DNA of 63,581 nucleotides, filler included, from Neolecta irregularis DAH-3 (taxonomy: Eukaryota), in NCBI GenBank assembly GCA_001929475.1. It is 13 parts of 13 records of this genome, joined end to end, with 100 filler letters (N's around TTAATTAATTAA, not from the genome) between each part and the next. Parts side by side here need not be neighbours in the genome. Positions count along the whole stretch, not along the records: positions 1 to 1,844 come from LXFE01001027.1; positions 1,945 to 5,272 come from LXFE01001028.1; positions 5,373 to 9,923 come from LXFE01001030.1; positions 10,024 to 20,974 come from LXFE01001031.1; 9 more parts are not named here. The stretch is one strand, 5' to 3'. The translations under genes and the position numbers were made by a program. The first letter of the stretch is position 1. Each line of letters opens with the position of its first letter. Positions 1 through 12,770 of this stretch are shown piece after piece. Below the pieces are notes generated by a model. The model saw nothing but the letters and a program-made list of their open reading frames with translations, made no database searches and was not told where the DNA came from.

Positions 1-395
1 TCCAATACCTTGATCAATACAATCAGATGTATTCCTTTGCCTTTTTATATCTGTCTGGACCAACCTATATATGCTACATGGTATTGTACTACATTACCAC
101 TGTGCACAGACCACTTCATGCCCTGTGCACCTGGTGCTAGTAGTACAATACCTGTAGTACTATACCGCAACAATCTTTTTCAATTTATTAAATATTCATG
201 ATCTGATTCATCAATATAGACTTATAACTAGAAATACAGTCTGAAATGGGGCTATAGAATATATTTATGTGTAAACTCTTAACTATTTGCATCATGATAA
301 TGCAATTTAATAGAACTATTCCTCTTTACTACCATCCCATTTAGTGTTGTAGATATATTTTTTATAGGTTTTACATGACACTGCTTGGTTCGGCC

Positions 396-498
396 CATTG
401 AGCTAGGCAGTTTTCTTGACACGGCATATGGGCAAAGCCCGCGGGCTCAGCCCGCGGTCCTTTCATGTGCCGTGTCAAGAAAACTGCCTAGCTCAATG
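396..498. mobile_element. 103-bp foldback/MITE-like palindrome
   Basis: 35-bp arms 396-430 and 464-498 are reverse complements with 1 mismatch; inner hairpin ccgcgggct-c-agcccgcgg at 439-457. Confidence 0.7.
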
Positions 499-584
499 CA
501 TTGTTGGGCATGGGTCGTGGGCTCGATGGGCCAAAACGGGCTTTTTCACGTGATATTCGAAAGTACTATTTAGGGCAGCCCTTC

Positions 585-1728
585 CCCTCCCCTGAATCAT
601 CCCTATCCACTTTCCTACCCACCTTGCCTGCCTGCCTCGTCTCGCTCGCCTCACCATCCAGTCTCGCCAGCCTCTCGCGCCTTGCCTGCCCGCCTCCCTG
701 GTCCCGTCCGTCCCTGGTCCCGTCTGTCCCTGGTCCCGTGTGTCCCTGGTCCCGTCTGTCCCTGGTCCCGTCTGTCTCTGGTCCTGTCCGTCCCTGGTCC
801 CATCCGTCCAGGCTGTCCCGCCCCCCCATTTCCTGTCTGTTTTGCCCGCCCCGTCCATCCCGCTCGCCTCTCCCGCCTGCCTCTCCCGTCCGTCCCACCT
901 GCCCACCTTTCCCTCCCGCCTACTGTCCAGCCCGCCTATCCAGCCCACCTCGCCCGTCCCCGTCCTGGCCATCCTGTCCGCCTCTCCCGTTCTGTCCGTC
1001 CTGGCCGCCTTGCCCGTCCTGCTCGTCCCGCTCATCCCGTCACTCACGCCCTCCCTGCCTATCCCACTCGTCCTACCCATCGAGCTTGTCCTGCCCATCC
1101 ACCACGTCCCTCCTGTCGCTCCTCTTTCTTCCCCCCTGCCCGTCCTACTCGTCCTGCGCAACCTGCGCATTCTGCCTGTCTTGCGTATCCTATTCGTCCT
1201 GTGCATCCTGCCCGTCTTGCGTATCCTACTCACCCTGCCTTTCCTGCTCACCCTGCCCGTCCTGTGCATCCTGCTCACCCGCGCCTGTCTCACGCGTCTC
1301 TCCAACCTTGCGCTCCCGTTGCCCGCCTCGCCCACCTCACGCGCCTCGCTCTCCAGTCTCGCCTGCCTCCCGTCCCGCCTATCACTCCCGTCCCTCGCGC
1401 CTCTCACGTCCCGCCCGTCTCACGTCCGTCTTACTCTCCCGCCCGTCTCGCCTGCCTCTCCCGTCTTTCCCATCTTATCTCGCCTGCCGGTCTCCTGTCT
1501 CGCCAGCTTCGCCTGCCCGCCTCTCACATCTCTCTTGCCTTGCCTGCCCGTCTCGCGCCCCTAGCGCATCTCTCACATCCCGCGCTCCTTCTCACTCGCC
1601 TCGCCAGTCCGTCCCGCGCGTCCTGTCTCTCCTCGACCATCTCGTGCATCCCGTCCTGCCTCGTCTATCCCGCACGTCCCACCAGTGCCTCCTCTTTCTC
1701 ACTCACCCGCCTGTCTTGCCCTCCCATC
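585..1728. repeat. Pyrimidine/C-rich low-complexity satellite including about 7 copies of a 16-bp unit (tccctggtcccgtctg, 696-807)
   Basis: Extreme C/T skew on + strand; recurrent ccgtcc/cctgcc/ctcgcc motifs; long ORFs in several frames are low-complexity artefacts. Confidence 0.8.
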
Positions 1729-1844
1729 CAGTGTTGTGGACAGGGCATGGGCTTATCCCGGCCCACGAAAAGCCTGTTGCGCAGAATCCGTCCCAAGGGT
1801 CAAAGTCAGGAAGAGGATGGATATAGAGTGATAGTTGATTGTGA

Positions 1845-1943
1845 NNNNNNNNNNNNNNNNNNNNNNNNNNNNNNNNNNNNNNNNNNNNTTAATTAATTAA
1901 NNNNNNNNNNNNNNNNNNNNNNNNNNNNNNNNNNNNNNNNNNN
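1845..1943. other. Artificial contig-join linker N..TTAATTAATTAA..N (also near 5317, 9968, 21019, 22662, 37544, 46581, 53291, 55082, 56694, 59606, 61249)
   Basis: Identical 12-mer with stops in all six frames embedded in N runs, 12 times. Confidence 0.97.
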
Positions 1944-3617
1944 NTTTCCATTTCCATTTCCATTTCCATTTTCCATTTTCCGTGCCCAAGTATCTCAAAC
2001 TTAACGTTCTGGCTCGTATTTGATCATAAACCGAGATGTCTGTAAAAGTTAATGTAAGTCATTAGACGCGGTGTACCGGTAAAGCTGAGAATATATCCAC
2101 AATAGTTGAGAATACTGACGCGAGAGTGTCGACTGGAGACTTCTTTGGAGGACACTCGAACCTCGAGACAAATTCCATCGAAGAGTTTTGATGCACAGAT
2201 TGTAAAGGCTCTGGCTGTACTTGCTCAACAGTCTCTTGAGACAATCGAGGAAGCGTCAAGGAGGCAATGCAATATGCGATTATCAATGCGTTGAGTAAAA
2301 GAAATATGCAATGAAGAATATTTCGGAGTTCCGGGGCGATTGTAGCCATATTGGGACTAGAGGTAGATGATCGTATACTGAGAGGAACGTTGGCTCTTTT
2401 ATAACCGCCGACGCTATCAACGCTTTTTTGCATGTTGTGCTTTGGCTGACAGCACGCAATGACATGACCTCTACCCATGCGAGTAACTGGATCGACAGGT
2501 CTCGGCCGGGCGGGAATATCCGACCTGGTAACTTTGACTCTTTAATTGTCCCTTATGTACAGATACCAACCTTGGGCACGGACGGTGACCATACTGAGAT
2601 CTCGAGGTTATATCGGGCATTCCGAATCCATACGACTTAATCTTACCCGGAAATTCCACTTCACATAGGAGCCGGAGTCTCAGCATCGTGGGAGATTCCT
2701 GTTTCTCAAGGAGCGTTCTATTTTAGTCGTTTGAATATGAGTCATTGATATCTTTGTTCTTCAGTTCAAACTCGTGCTTGACCAAACATTCAAGTATGAC
2801 TATATCTTATCATGCGTATCTAATCCGTCGTGTCATGCAAGTGTATGAGCTCACAGTATTCGTGGCAATCAACAAGTTGTCACTGCAAGCGTGGAGATTT
2901 CTCATTGTCATACAAGATTGGAAACTTTGGAGAGAATCCATGGATGACTTGTACTATTTGCCCTGACGATATAAACCATCTCGAATGATTGTGCCAGCGA
3001 TGTTGGATATGAATCGTGCACATCTCGAATTTCATTGCGGGCGCCAAAGAGACCCTGCAATAAACCAAACCTAACTCTCTTTAGCCCTGTATTGTGACAA
3101 AAAGCATAATCATAGGAAACTATTCAGTCGACATACGTAAACGGATACTAGGACGAATAAACAATTGAGCTAACCCTAACCTGCACAGGTCGCTGTGATG
3201 AAGTTTGAGATATTGACCGGGTCACATCGAGGCAGCGTGGGCCGTGGTTGTCAACAAGAAGAAATGTGATCGTCGGATTTCCGAACAATTCGTTAAACGA
3301 CACCGAAATTGAACCGGAGGAGGACCCTAATAGATTAATTACTTTCTTGTCTGGCCGATATGAAACGGCGGTTTATACACAGGTTCCTCAATCATCCAAG
3401 CTTTTAAAGAAAGTTTAACACGTAATGGGATTCCTTCCGTTGGACTGCAAATTGTTCCATCACGTGTTTGACCGCTTTGGTCCTCAGTTAGCCAAGGCAC
3501 TGTAAATTTGGGGCCAATAGAAGCTTGGACCATTTCTCATAGGATATTTGTAACAAGGTCTTTGAACACAATGAAGATGGACACGGATAAACAATAAAGT
3601 AGGGTATAACCAAGAGG

Positions 3618-3707
3618 GAGGGTGCTTGGGAAGTTATGGTGTGCGCTATAATTAAGATCCCATAAACAGGAGGGTGCTTGGGAAGTTATGGTGTGCGCTA
3701 TAATTAA
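3618..3707. repeat. 38-bp direct repeat, 2 copies
   Basis: gagggtgcttgggaagttatggtgtgcgctataattaa at about 3618 and 3670. Confidence 0.85.
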
Positions 3708-4135
3708 AATTGACTTTTTGATTTTTAAGAGCCGACCTATTGGCCAAACAGGGGTAATTTTAATTAAGTATCTCGCATCATTCAACATTTCGGATCAGTA
3801 TTGCTGGATATTCCTTTTATATAATACTGCGGTAGGAAATCTTGGGTTTCTGTATCATCGATTTGAAACCAGAAATGTTGCTTCACAATCTGGTCGCCTC
3901 ATCCACTCATTCAACTAGTCAGCAATCTAATCACTTTACCTGAATATTTGCGTACTCCCCTATATGCGAATATATTGTCGCCGGCAGCTCTGCGTAGGTC
4001 AATTCATATGCCAGGATTCATATTTAGATTCTATATGGATGTGCAAAGAAGGACAAACTAATGCGATTACACCATTTCCTTTACAAAACGAGCGAGTATG
4101 AAAACCAAAAGGAAGGAGGCGAGCCGCCGACACGA

Positions 4136-5272
4136 CTAGCGTGGAATGGATTTTGAGGATCCGCGGGGACAAGTATGATTATGTTGGCGTTGAATATTTA
4201 GTTTAGTGATATCTAGGCCTGGAGCGGCGACGTCTATTTGAAGGGGAGATTTATCTTGGCAGCACTCTACGCGCTTTGCGAGCCAATCTGATTTGATGAC
4301 CTGTGAAGCAGTCATTCGAGAAGCGGGGTCTAGGTCGAGCATGCGGGAGAGGATTACTCTTGCCGACGGGTGCATTGATGAGAGGAGACGGATTTTCTTG
4401 AGGGGGTCTTGGGAGGGAGAGGAGGACGAGGGAGGGGAGAGGGATTGCATTGAGAGGGAGAAGCGGTGGAATGCTAACGAGTGGGCGTTTGCATAGCTCC
4501 ATAAAAGCCCGCCGTTCCACATGCAGGAGTAGACTAGGGCACAGGCCCAAACGTCTACAGCGAGGGCGTTGTATTCTAGGGTAAGCGTACTAAGGCGCAT
4601 GTCATACCGGACTGGGAGAATATTTCTGGGGCCATGTAGGGGGCGCTTCCTGTTTCGCCCTTTGAGGTGCGCAGTTTGTAGACCTGTTCGTGTTCGTCGT
4701 AGGAGCCGCGGATGACGTCTGAGGTGCCAAAGTCTGCTATTTTGAGACAGCCGTCTGCGGTGATGAGCAGGTTTTCAGGCTTGATGTCTCTGTGCGCGAC
4801 GCCCTGGCTGTGCATGTACGCGACGCCTCTGGCGAGCTGCTTGAAGAGACAGTTTTTCTCGAGGGGGGTCATGAAGGCCTTTTTTATGATTGTGAACAGG
4901 TCGCCGCCTGCGCAGTATTCCTGGCGGTCAGCGGGGGAGGGCGGGGGCGGGGACGGCACCATGACCTGGCACCAGCGGTCTGAGCCAAAGAGCTGTGTGT
5001 CTTTGAGAAAGTCAAAGGTGTGGACGATGTTGTCGTGGCTGAGGCTGGAGGCGACGCTGAACTCTGAGGCGAGCTTCTGCAGGTACTTGTGCGGGTCCTC
5101 GCCCTTGCAGGGGGGGCGGAAGGCCTTGACGGCGTAGACGGCGGCGGTGTCGGGGTCGTGCTTGCGGTGGACGAGGCGGACGGTGGCGGCGGCGCCGGAG
5201 CCGATCTTTGCGGCGAGCGGCGAGTAGCGGGCGGAGAGCGACGGCGGCGGCGCGGGCGCGGGCGACGGCGGC
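4136..5272 (-). CDS. HAL/NPR-family Ser/Thr protein kinase (5' end lost in gap; 2 introns)
   Basis: [55 protein letters not shown] motifs; GT-AG introns 4921-4959 and 4576-4607. Confidence 0.92.
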
Positions 5273-5880
5273 NNNNNNNNNNNNNNNNNNNNNNNNNNNN
5301 NNNNNNNNNNNNNNNNTTAATTAATTAANNNNNNNNNNNNNNNNNNNNNNNNNNNNNNNNNNNNNNNNNNNNACCAGGAGCCGCAGACATATCAAAATAC
5401 GTTCATTCGGCTGAGGTGCTAATGCAATAACTGGAAGAGAAGACGATGCAGCCTGAATCATGTAGTGCCCAGCTAAATATTCTGGCGTTGCACCTGTTGA
5501 TTAGTACACTATATAAAAAACAAGTACCGATCAGAACTAGGCTATCAAAGACTTGAAGACCGACTTTTGTCAATTTTCCGAGTGGATTCAGGTTGACTCC
5601 CCATGGCGGAGCGCACCAAACGAGCGCTTAAAATTCGAACTTTACAAGTTACCGTATATTAAACGTGGCGTATTGTGGCGTTGCCCCAAACCTGAGCGTC
5701 AACTTTGAATTTTATACGATGACGAATTTTATAAAATGTGGAGCGCACCAAACACGCGCCTGAAATTACAATTTGTTAAAAGCCACATTTTTCGAAATTT
5801 TTCGCGAACCAAACCCACCCTAAGTCCCCAAGCACAGCGCCTCCCCGCAAGTATAAGTGAAGCGGAACAAACGTATCTGG

Positions 5881-8800
5881 ATGTCGCAATCGGGGCTTCA
5901 AGATCTCAAGAAAAACCGACTTGGGTCGCTATTGGCAGATGATCAATTTAAAGATGTAAATCTACGAAGTATGTTAGATATCGCTCGCTTCGATGATGAG
6001 GAATTTGTTAAGATGCAGAAGTATTCTGTTCCAGAGTTGAGGAGACCGCTTTTTGAACAAGTTCTGGAACAAGCAACTTGGGAAAACGTAATAAAAGGCG
6101 TAGCTCTTGGTCCAAGTTGGGTATGATTAGTTATTACGAGAAATAAAGTGACCGGCCAGAGCACTCATTGGTTCAAAATCCTTGTACGAATTCCAAAGGG
6201 ATTCGAGAAGGTCGAGCGTATTCAGTTCGAGTTTAATATGGAGGGAGAAGGAATGATCTTCAGCGAGAAAGGCGATGTTATACATGGTTTAACAGGAGGC
6301 AATGGACTTGACTGTCGAAAAGAATTCATTCTTCCTGAAAGCTGGAGAGATGGATATTGTCATGTACACAAAACCTTTCCTTCAAAACTTATCTTCTAGC
6401 TCTTCTATATCGAAACAGCTGTTAATGGAATGTTTGGTCTTTCCGATGGTATTAGTCCTCCAGACATGGGGCGGGTAATGCATGTCAATACGGCCGATAT
6501 TGTTGTCCCAAACATGCCCGCGTACAGATTATTTTGGGACTTCCAAATTATATCCGACTGCGCAATCAAACTTCCCCAAAATAGCTGGGAATCTTACCTC
6601 GCTCTCGAGATCGGCAATAAGATCCAGAATGCATTTATGTCTGGCGTTCAAGACACTCTCGAAGAATGTCGGAAGCTCGCACAAGAGTTTCTTGGGAAGG
6701 ATGTTGATAGTGACAAAGTATTCGATTCAAAAGGCGATCCAATAATTACTGCTGTTGGGCATTGTCATATCGATACTGCATGGCTCTGGCCATATGCTGA
6801 AACTCGACGCAAGATAGCTCGTTCTTGGTCTACTCAACTGGACCTCATGGACAGATATCCTGAATATACTTTTACCGCCTCGTCAGCCCAACAGTACAAA
6901 TGGCTTCTTGAAGATTATCCAGAATTGTTCGCACGCATTCAAGATGCTAATGAAAATGGAGGGAAATTCAAGCATATTGGGGGAACCTGGGTTGAGATGG
7001 ACACCAATATTCCCAGTGGAGAAAGCCTAGTTCGTCAATTCCTTTATGGTCAACGATTCTTCGAGAATTATTTTAAAAAGCGATGCGAAACCTTTTGGCT
7101 TCCCGACACATTTGGATACAGTATTGCTTTGCCTCAGATTTGCAGATTAGCTGGTGCAAAATACTTTTTTACACAAAAGTTGAGTTGGAACAATATTAAC
7201 AAGGTTTGCTCTTGTGTTGGCATTTCTTTCATACATTCAGTTTCCCCATACAACATTTAACTGGGTAGGTCTAGACGGTACCCAAGTTCTATGTCATATG
7301 GGATTAGCCCCATTATTACATTTGCTCATAATTAGACACCAGCTGAGAGTTATAACGCGCAATGTGATGTTGATGATATAATCAAATGTGTAACTCAACA
7401 CAAGAATTTGGGTGAAGACAAAACTTCATTACTTCTTTTCGGGAACGGTGACGGTGGTGGTCAGTCTCATTTCCATAATACCTTTCTGAAATTTTAGGTG
7501 GTCCTAATCTTCCAATGCTAGAAAGGCTGCGAAGATGTCGTGGTGTGAGCAATACCATTGGTGCTCTTCCACTCTCCAAAACTGGTTCCGCAGACCAATT
7601 CTTTGAGGACATTCAGAAAAATACCTATCAGGGCAGAGACTTGGTTCAATGGGTCGGTGAATTGGTTCGTTTTCTTTTGTAGTAAAACTCACTTAAAGTA
7701 CTTGGAATTTCACCGCGGCACATATACAACCCAAGCCAAAATCAAAGCTGGGAACCGACATTCAGAACTTCTCATGAGGGATATTGAGTATTTCTGTACA
7801 CTTGCTAGTCTTTTCAATCCGACGTACAAGTTTCCGAAGAAGAATATGGATGTGTTATGGGAGAAGGTTTTATTGTACTTTGTCAAACTGTCTTATTGTG
7901 CTGATCTCAGAAATCAATTCCATGATTGTTTACCTGGTAGTGCAATTGAGATGGTCAACGTTGATGTCCGCGAGGTATCTTTGTCAAAGTCCCAATATCT
8001 AAGGGGTATAGATCTATGATGAAGTCCAGGCAACTGGCAACAATATTCTCAATGAGAGTTTACGTGCCCTTGGGTTTGTAGATGACGGTGGCGAGGTTGT
8101 TGCTATCAATTCCCTAGCTTGGTCCCGCACAGAGATCATAGATATTCAATCTATAACAAGCACCTCTCCTGGTGATTCCAAACGATTCCCTTTTGTTGAT
8201 ATTAGAATAGATTCCGTAGAAAAGGCTGTTGTTTCAAGTGAACCAAAGATGGTATCTTGTCCAGGAAACACTGCAAAATTTTGTGAGTCAAAGCCTTATT
8301 GTAGTGTTGATGGTATATGCCGTTATCCTTCTCTGACTTATTTTATTTAGTCCAGAGAATTAAAGACAACGTTTTTAAGATCAAGAATGGAGTTCTAGAA
8401 GTCACTATCGAAAATGGCATAATTACAAGTATCTATGATCAACGAGTCAACAGAGAGATTGTCCCTGACGGCGCTCAAGTTGGAAAATATATGATTTATA
8501 ACGACCAGCCACTATTTTGGGATGCATGGGATACTGAAATTTATCACCTTGAAACGGGACATCCATTAACTTCCACCAAAGTCTCAGTTATTGAAAGTGG
8601 CCCTCTTCGATCTTCTATTCTTGTTGAAACAAGAATCAGTGAAAAGAGTTGGATCAAGACAAAAATTTCACTTGAGGCTTACAATGGTCAAGATGGAGCT
8701 TGGTCAATGATAAAATATGATGCTGAAGTAGAGTGGCAAGAGAATAGGAAATTTCTCAAAATCGAATTCCCCGTTGATGTCCACTCTGGAGAAGCAAATT

Positions 8801-9624
8801 ATGAATGTGCCTTCGGAGTTATCAAACGACCTACTCATGCAAATACATCCTGGGATGCTGCTAAATTTGGTATATCCACATGCTATATTTTATTTTCATA
8901 TCAATAGAGGTTGTATGTCATAAATGGGCAGATATCTCAGAGAATGGCTATGGAGTGGCAGTGTTGAATGATTCAAAATATGGCTTTGCTACTCAAGGCA
9001 ACTTAATGCGATTGAGTCTATTGAGAAGTCCAAAAGCTCCGGATGCACATGCAGATATGGGTATCTCTTTCTTTCCCACTCAAACATTGATATGAAGGTC
9101 GTCATAAATTCAAATTCGCTCTTTTACCTCATATTGGAAACTACCAGCAAGCCAATATTTCCCGAGCTGGTAAGTATATCATCCAAGAATTGAACTGAGT
9201 TGAGCCTACAATTTCAACGTACCACTTAGGGTTGGTCAAACAAAGGATATCATAGCGGTGAACTCAGCGTTGAATAGCATACTACTAGCCGGAGATCCCA
9301 GCATTATTCTCGAAACCATTAAACGAGGAGAGGATGACGAAGATATGCAGACTTCCTTGAAAAATATTCCAAAGAGAAATGGTCGAAGCGTCATTCTCAG
9401 ACTCTTTGAGACCTATGGCGGTCATGCAACTGCTAAGATTATTACGTATATCTCTCCCTCGTCACTCACTCATGAATAGGACCCTTCCTATCAAGAATGT
9501 TTGCAAAACGAACATCTTGGAAGATGACGGCGAAAAAATCAAGTTCGACAAGCACGATGCTTGTTTGGAGATTCAAATCGCCATGCGGGCATTCGAAATT
9601 GCCACAATCAGGCTCATTCTTTGA
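5881..9624 (+). CDS. AMS1: Alpha-mannosidase, GH38 (about 14 short introns)
   Basis: [77 protein letters not shown] all recovered after splicing. Confidence 0.95.
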
Positions 9625-9755
9625 ACGATCTCTTTACGAAATCTACAAATAGTCCGTGTAGGGGTCATTCTAGAAGAAAATGAGACAAGATCTAAATTAT
9701 TTATATATTACTTGATATTTTATGTAGGCTTATAAATAACATTCATTCCCCTATC

Positions 9756-9923
9756 CAGTGTTGGCAATGGGCCGAAGCCCATGGGCCTTTTTGAGGGGGC
9801 CGGACAGGGTGCGCGCACTGCTCGCCGCTGGGGTTCTTTGTGTATGCGCTGCCTGGGCTTGCATGGCCGCACCTGCCGCACGCGGCGGCGTTGGGAGCAG
9901 CGGCAGGCGGCAGTGTGTGTGGC
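9756..9923 (+). mobile_element. Left end of a CAGTGTTG-type (hAT-like) non-autonomous element running into a gap
   Basis: cagtgttggcaatgggccgaagcccatgggcc; abrupt AT-to-GC switch; near-identical end at 11964. Confidence 0.55.
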
Positions 9924-10023
9924 NNNNNNNNNNNNNNNNNNNNNNNNNNNNNNNNNNNNNNNNNNNNTTAATTAATTAANNNNNNNNNNNNNNNNNNNNN
10001 NNNNNNNNNNNNNNNNNNNNNNN

Positions 10024-11785
10024 TTCCCATCGTTTATAAGGCTGACAATTCCTCGGAGATTAGATGTATAGAGAAATGAACCTGGGTTGGGAATCATTAG
10101 ACTTGCCCAGTCTTTGATGGCAAATAAGTCGATCGCTGACTTTGCATTTTCCCGCTTCTCCTCAGTTTTCCTTCAAAACAGTGAATTTACCAAATAATTC
10201 TGTAAAACTTGTCTTGCTTTTACTGCAAGATGCTTCTCATGTTCATCGAGTTCGAAGCTTTGCTCTTCATTCAAGTCTGTATGTAGCTACAATTTGTCAA
10301 GGAGAATTTGAAGTATCATACCAGATATCTTAGCGCGTTCACAATGTTTTTCTTTCGATTGGAATATACAGTGGCACTCATTTTTTTGGATTTGCTTCGA
10401 GAGGGGCCCAGACTTCCACCATTGAGGAGCGTTTCAAGGTTATCAAAATGGCTCATTCGAGGTTTCTTAATTGTCATTCTATTTACCTGCGGAGCAGAAA
10501 TTTCAGATTGATGAGATTGTCGAGTAGGCGTATTCTTTCTACCTGCATATTGTGACGATAAATCCAGTGACTGTAGTCCGGGTGATTCATTGATTGGCTC
10601 GGTTTTTGACACTCTAAGATTCCATATATAGTTCTCTTTTCGATGGGTTTTGTCATAAATCTTGTTATCAGACTTTCCGTCAAATGATAAATCCGAGACT
10701 TTAGTTTTAGCCCCTTGAGATTTCCTGTTCCAGTCATCAGAACTTTCCTCATAGGCTCCTTTTGAACGACCTAAAGCGATCTTTGTAGTCGTGCGCTTTC
10801 CAGACGTTTGTATATTCTGGTCGTCCCAATCGGATTTTTCGACCGAGATAATCGTTTCATGGTCTCTACCAGACTTTTCATCACCGAGTCCATGGAAAAG
10901 GTTATTTCCTGCATAATTTGAACTATATCTCAAAACAGAATTTATCTGATTTGTCGTAGATGAGGGGGGTCTGTCACTGATCAGATCAAAAGTCTGAACA
11001 ATGTTAGGCTTGGGAACTTTAATGGTTAATCAATTCTTGACCATGGGAAGCATTACTCCCATCGAATGTTGTACTGGCGTATTCATTCCGGTAGAATATT
11101 CTTTTCTTTGGTGGAAGATCTCGATCTCGATCATGTCGCGTAGTCCTGCGTTTTCCATAAAGTTGTATATTCTGGTCATCCCAATCAGATTTTTCGACCG
11201 AGATAATCAAGTCATTGTCTCTACCAGACTTTTCATCACCCAGACCATGGAGAGGGCTATCTTTTGCCGAATTTGAACATCTCACAACAGAATTGATCGG
11301 ATTTGTCGTAGATGAGGTGGGTTTGTCGCTGATCAAATCAAAATTAGGCTTGTGAACTTAATGGTTAGTCAAATCTTGACCATGGGAAGCATTACTCCCA
11401 TCGAATGTTGGGGCGTATTCATTCCGGTAGAATAATCTTTTCTTTGGTGGAAGATCTCGATCCCGGCGAACATCAGTAATACTTCCTTTTGAGTCCAGAT
11501 TCGAGTGCACGAAATTGTCAGAGATTCCAGCAGCAAGATTTGACCTATCTTTTCACATGTCATCTGAATAAGCTCATTAATATGTGGATTACCACTCCCG
11601 TTGTCTGTAGGCGCTCCCTCTGAGGCTTCATCTACGTCAAGTCCAGACTTTAAACATAAGCATTCGAGGCCATTGCATTTCATCGACACTGCAACCAGCA
11701 CATGTGATAATATCACGCCGTGAAGCAGAAATGTACTTCGTGAGTTGATCAGCTTTGAACCGAAATACCTTTTTTCAAATTTCAT
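10024..11785 (-). CDS. Hypothetical spliced gene or pseudogene with an internal duplication of about 350 bp
   Basis: Consecutive minus-strand ORFs; HGLGDEKSGRD...IISVEKSDWDDQNIQ occurs twice (about 10800-11110 and 11150-11460). Confidence 0.4.
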
Positions 11786-11963
11786 CTTGTCAGCGCGAAA
11801 TCTATGTATGAGGGAAGTTAAAAAATACCTCTGAAAGGTTTTTCCGTATGAAACAAGAGAATAAAGCTTGACACGGGGCAGGTCGCTTCCGCCAGATTTC
11901 TATTTTCTAGATCTCCACATATATTACCTCCGTTATAGATTTTCCCTTTGAGACCGTCCCAGG

Positions 11964-12770
11964 GAGTGTCGGCAATGGGCCGTGGACTTAGCCCGGCCCA
12001 TTAAATGCCCACGGGCCGGGCTATATCATGTGAGATTAGATAGTATGAACAATTATATTCATTTGTATTCTTCCGTGCCGCTCCCATTTACACATCCCTG
12101 CTGCCCTACGCCATCTTCTCCTTCTTCCACTTTGTCTCCAACCTGCACTCAATCGTCCTGCCCATGGCGCGGAAGAGGATGAAGGCGAGACTGCACAGGT
12201 TGGTGTCTGCGGGGCGCGGCGATCAGTTGCTCAGGGCACCCGGGTGAGCGAGTGCATATCAGTCGGCCACTCGAGCACTACGCAGTCTGCCTACTCGGTC
12301 GCCAACTCCGCCTGCTGCTGCCCCGCTGCCTGTGTATGACCATGCCCTCCTTGCGGTCAACGCCCGCTACTCGTTCGAGATTGCCTCTCACATCACCTTG
12401 TTTGGCCTGCACTGCAACCCGGATATCGGATCCATCCGCCTTCATCCACTCCAAGGTCATCGGCAACAGCTCCTTTGGCGTCGTCTCACACCGCCCCTCC
12501 ACTCGGATTCTCTCATTCCACCTGGATCCTTTCTCGTCTCTTTTCTCCCCTATTTTCTCCCCCTACGTCTCTCCCGCGCACCGTTTTCCTCCGCCACTCT
12601 TTCAACAATTTTGGCCTCTTCGCCATCCTTGCCTACCGGGTCTCCTTGGCCCTCGACGCCCGCTACTCCTTCCATGTTTTTTGCATGCTCATCTGTATCC
12701 GCATACACCCATGCTCCACCCATTACCTGTCTGCAGTACTGCCACTATTGATTGATTGATTGATTGATGA
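11964..12770 (+). mobile_element. GC-rich non-autonomous element with hAT-like end and possible captured gene fragment, ending near (ATTG)n
   Basis: End gagtgtcggcaatgggccg matches 9756; GC island in AT flanks; KVIGNSSFGVV peptide at about 12452-12485. Confidence 0.45.

Noticed and set aside
493-1896. Four long overlapping ORFs (274-441 aa)
   Set aside because: Stop-poor low-complexity DNA open in several frames, with no domain signal
1889-1900. Recurring TTAATTAATTAA as a biological repeat or array
   Set aside because: Always embedded in N runs; an assembly linker
2062-2745. Minus-strand hypothetical gene
   Set aside because: Competing frames, no recognisable motifs, exon structure unresolved
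3170-3180. CTAACCCTAAC as a telomerase RNA template
   Set aside because: No pseudoknot or other supporting structure seen; similar telobox-like motifs also occur near 40811, 43944 and 59180
5881-9624. Stop-codon readthrough, frameshifting or an alternative genetic code as the cause of fragmented ORFs
   Set aside because: Every break is explained by a short intron under the standard code
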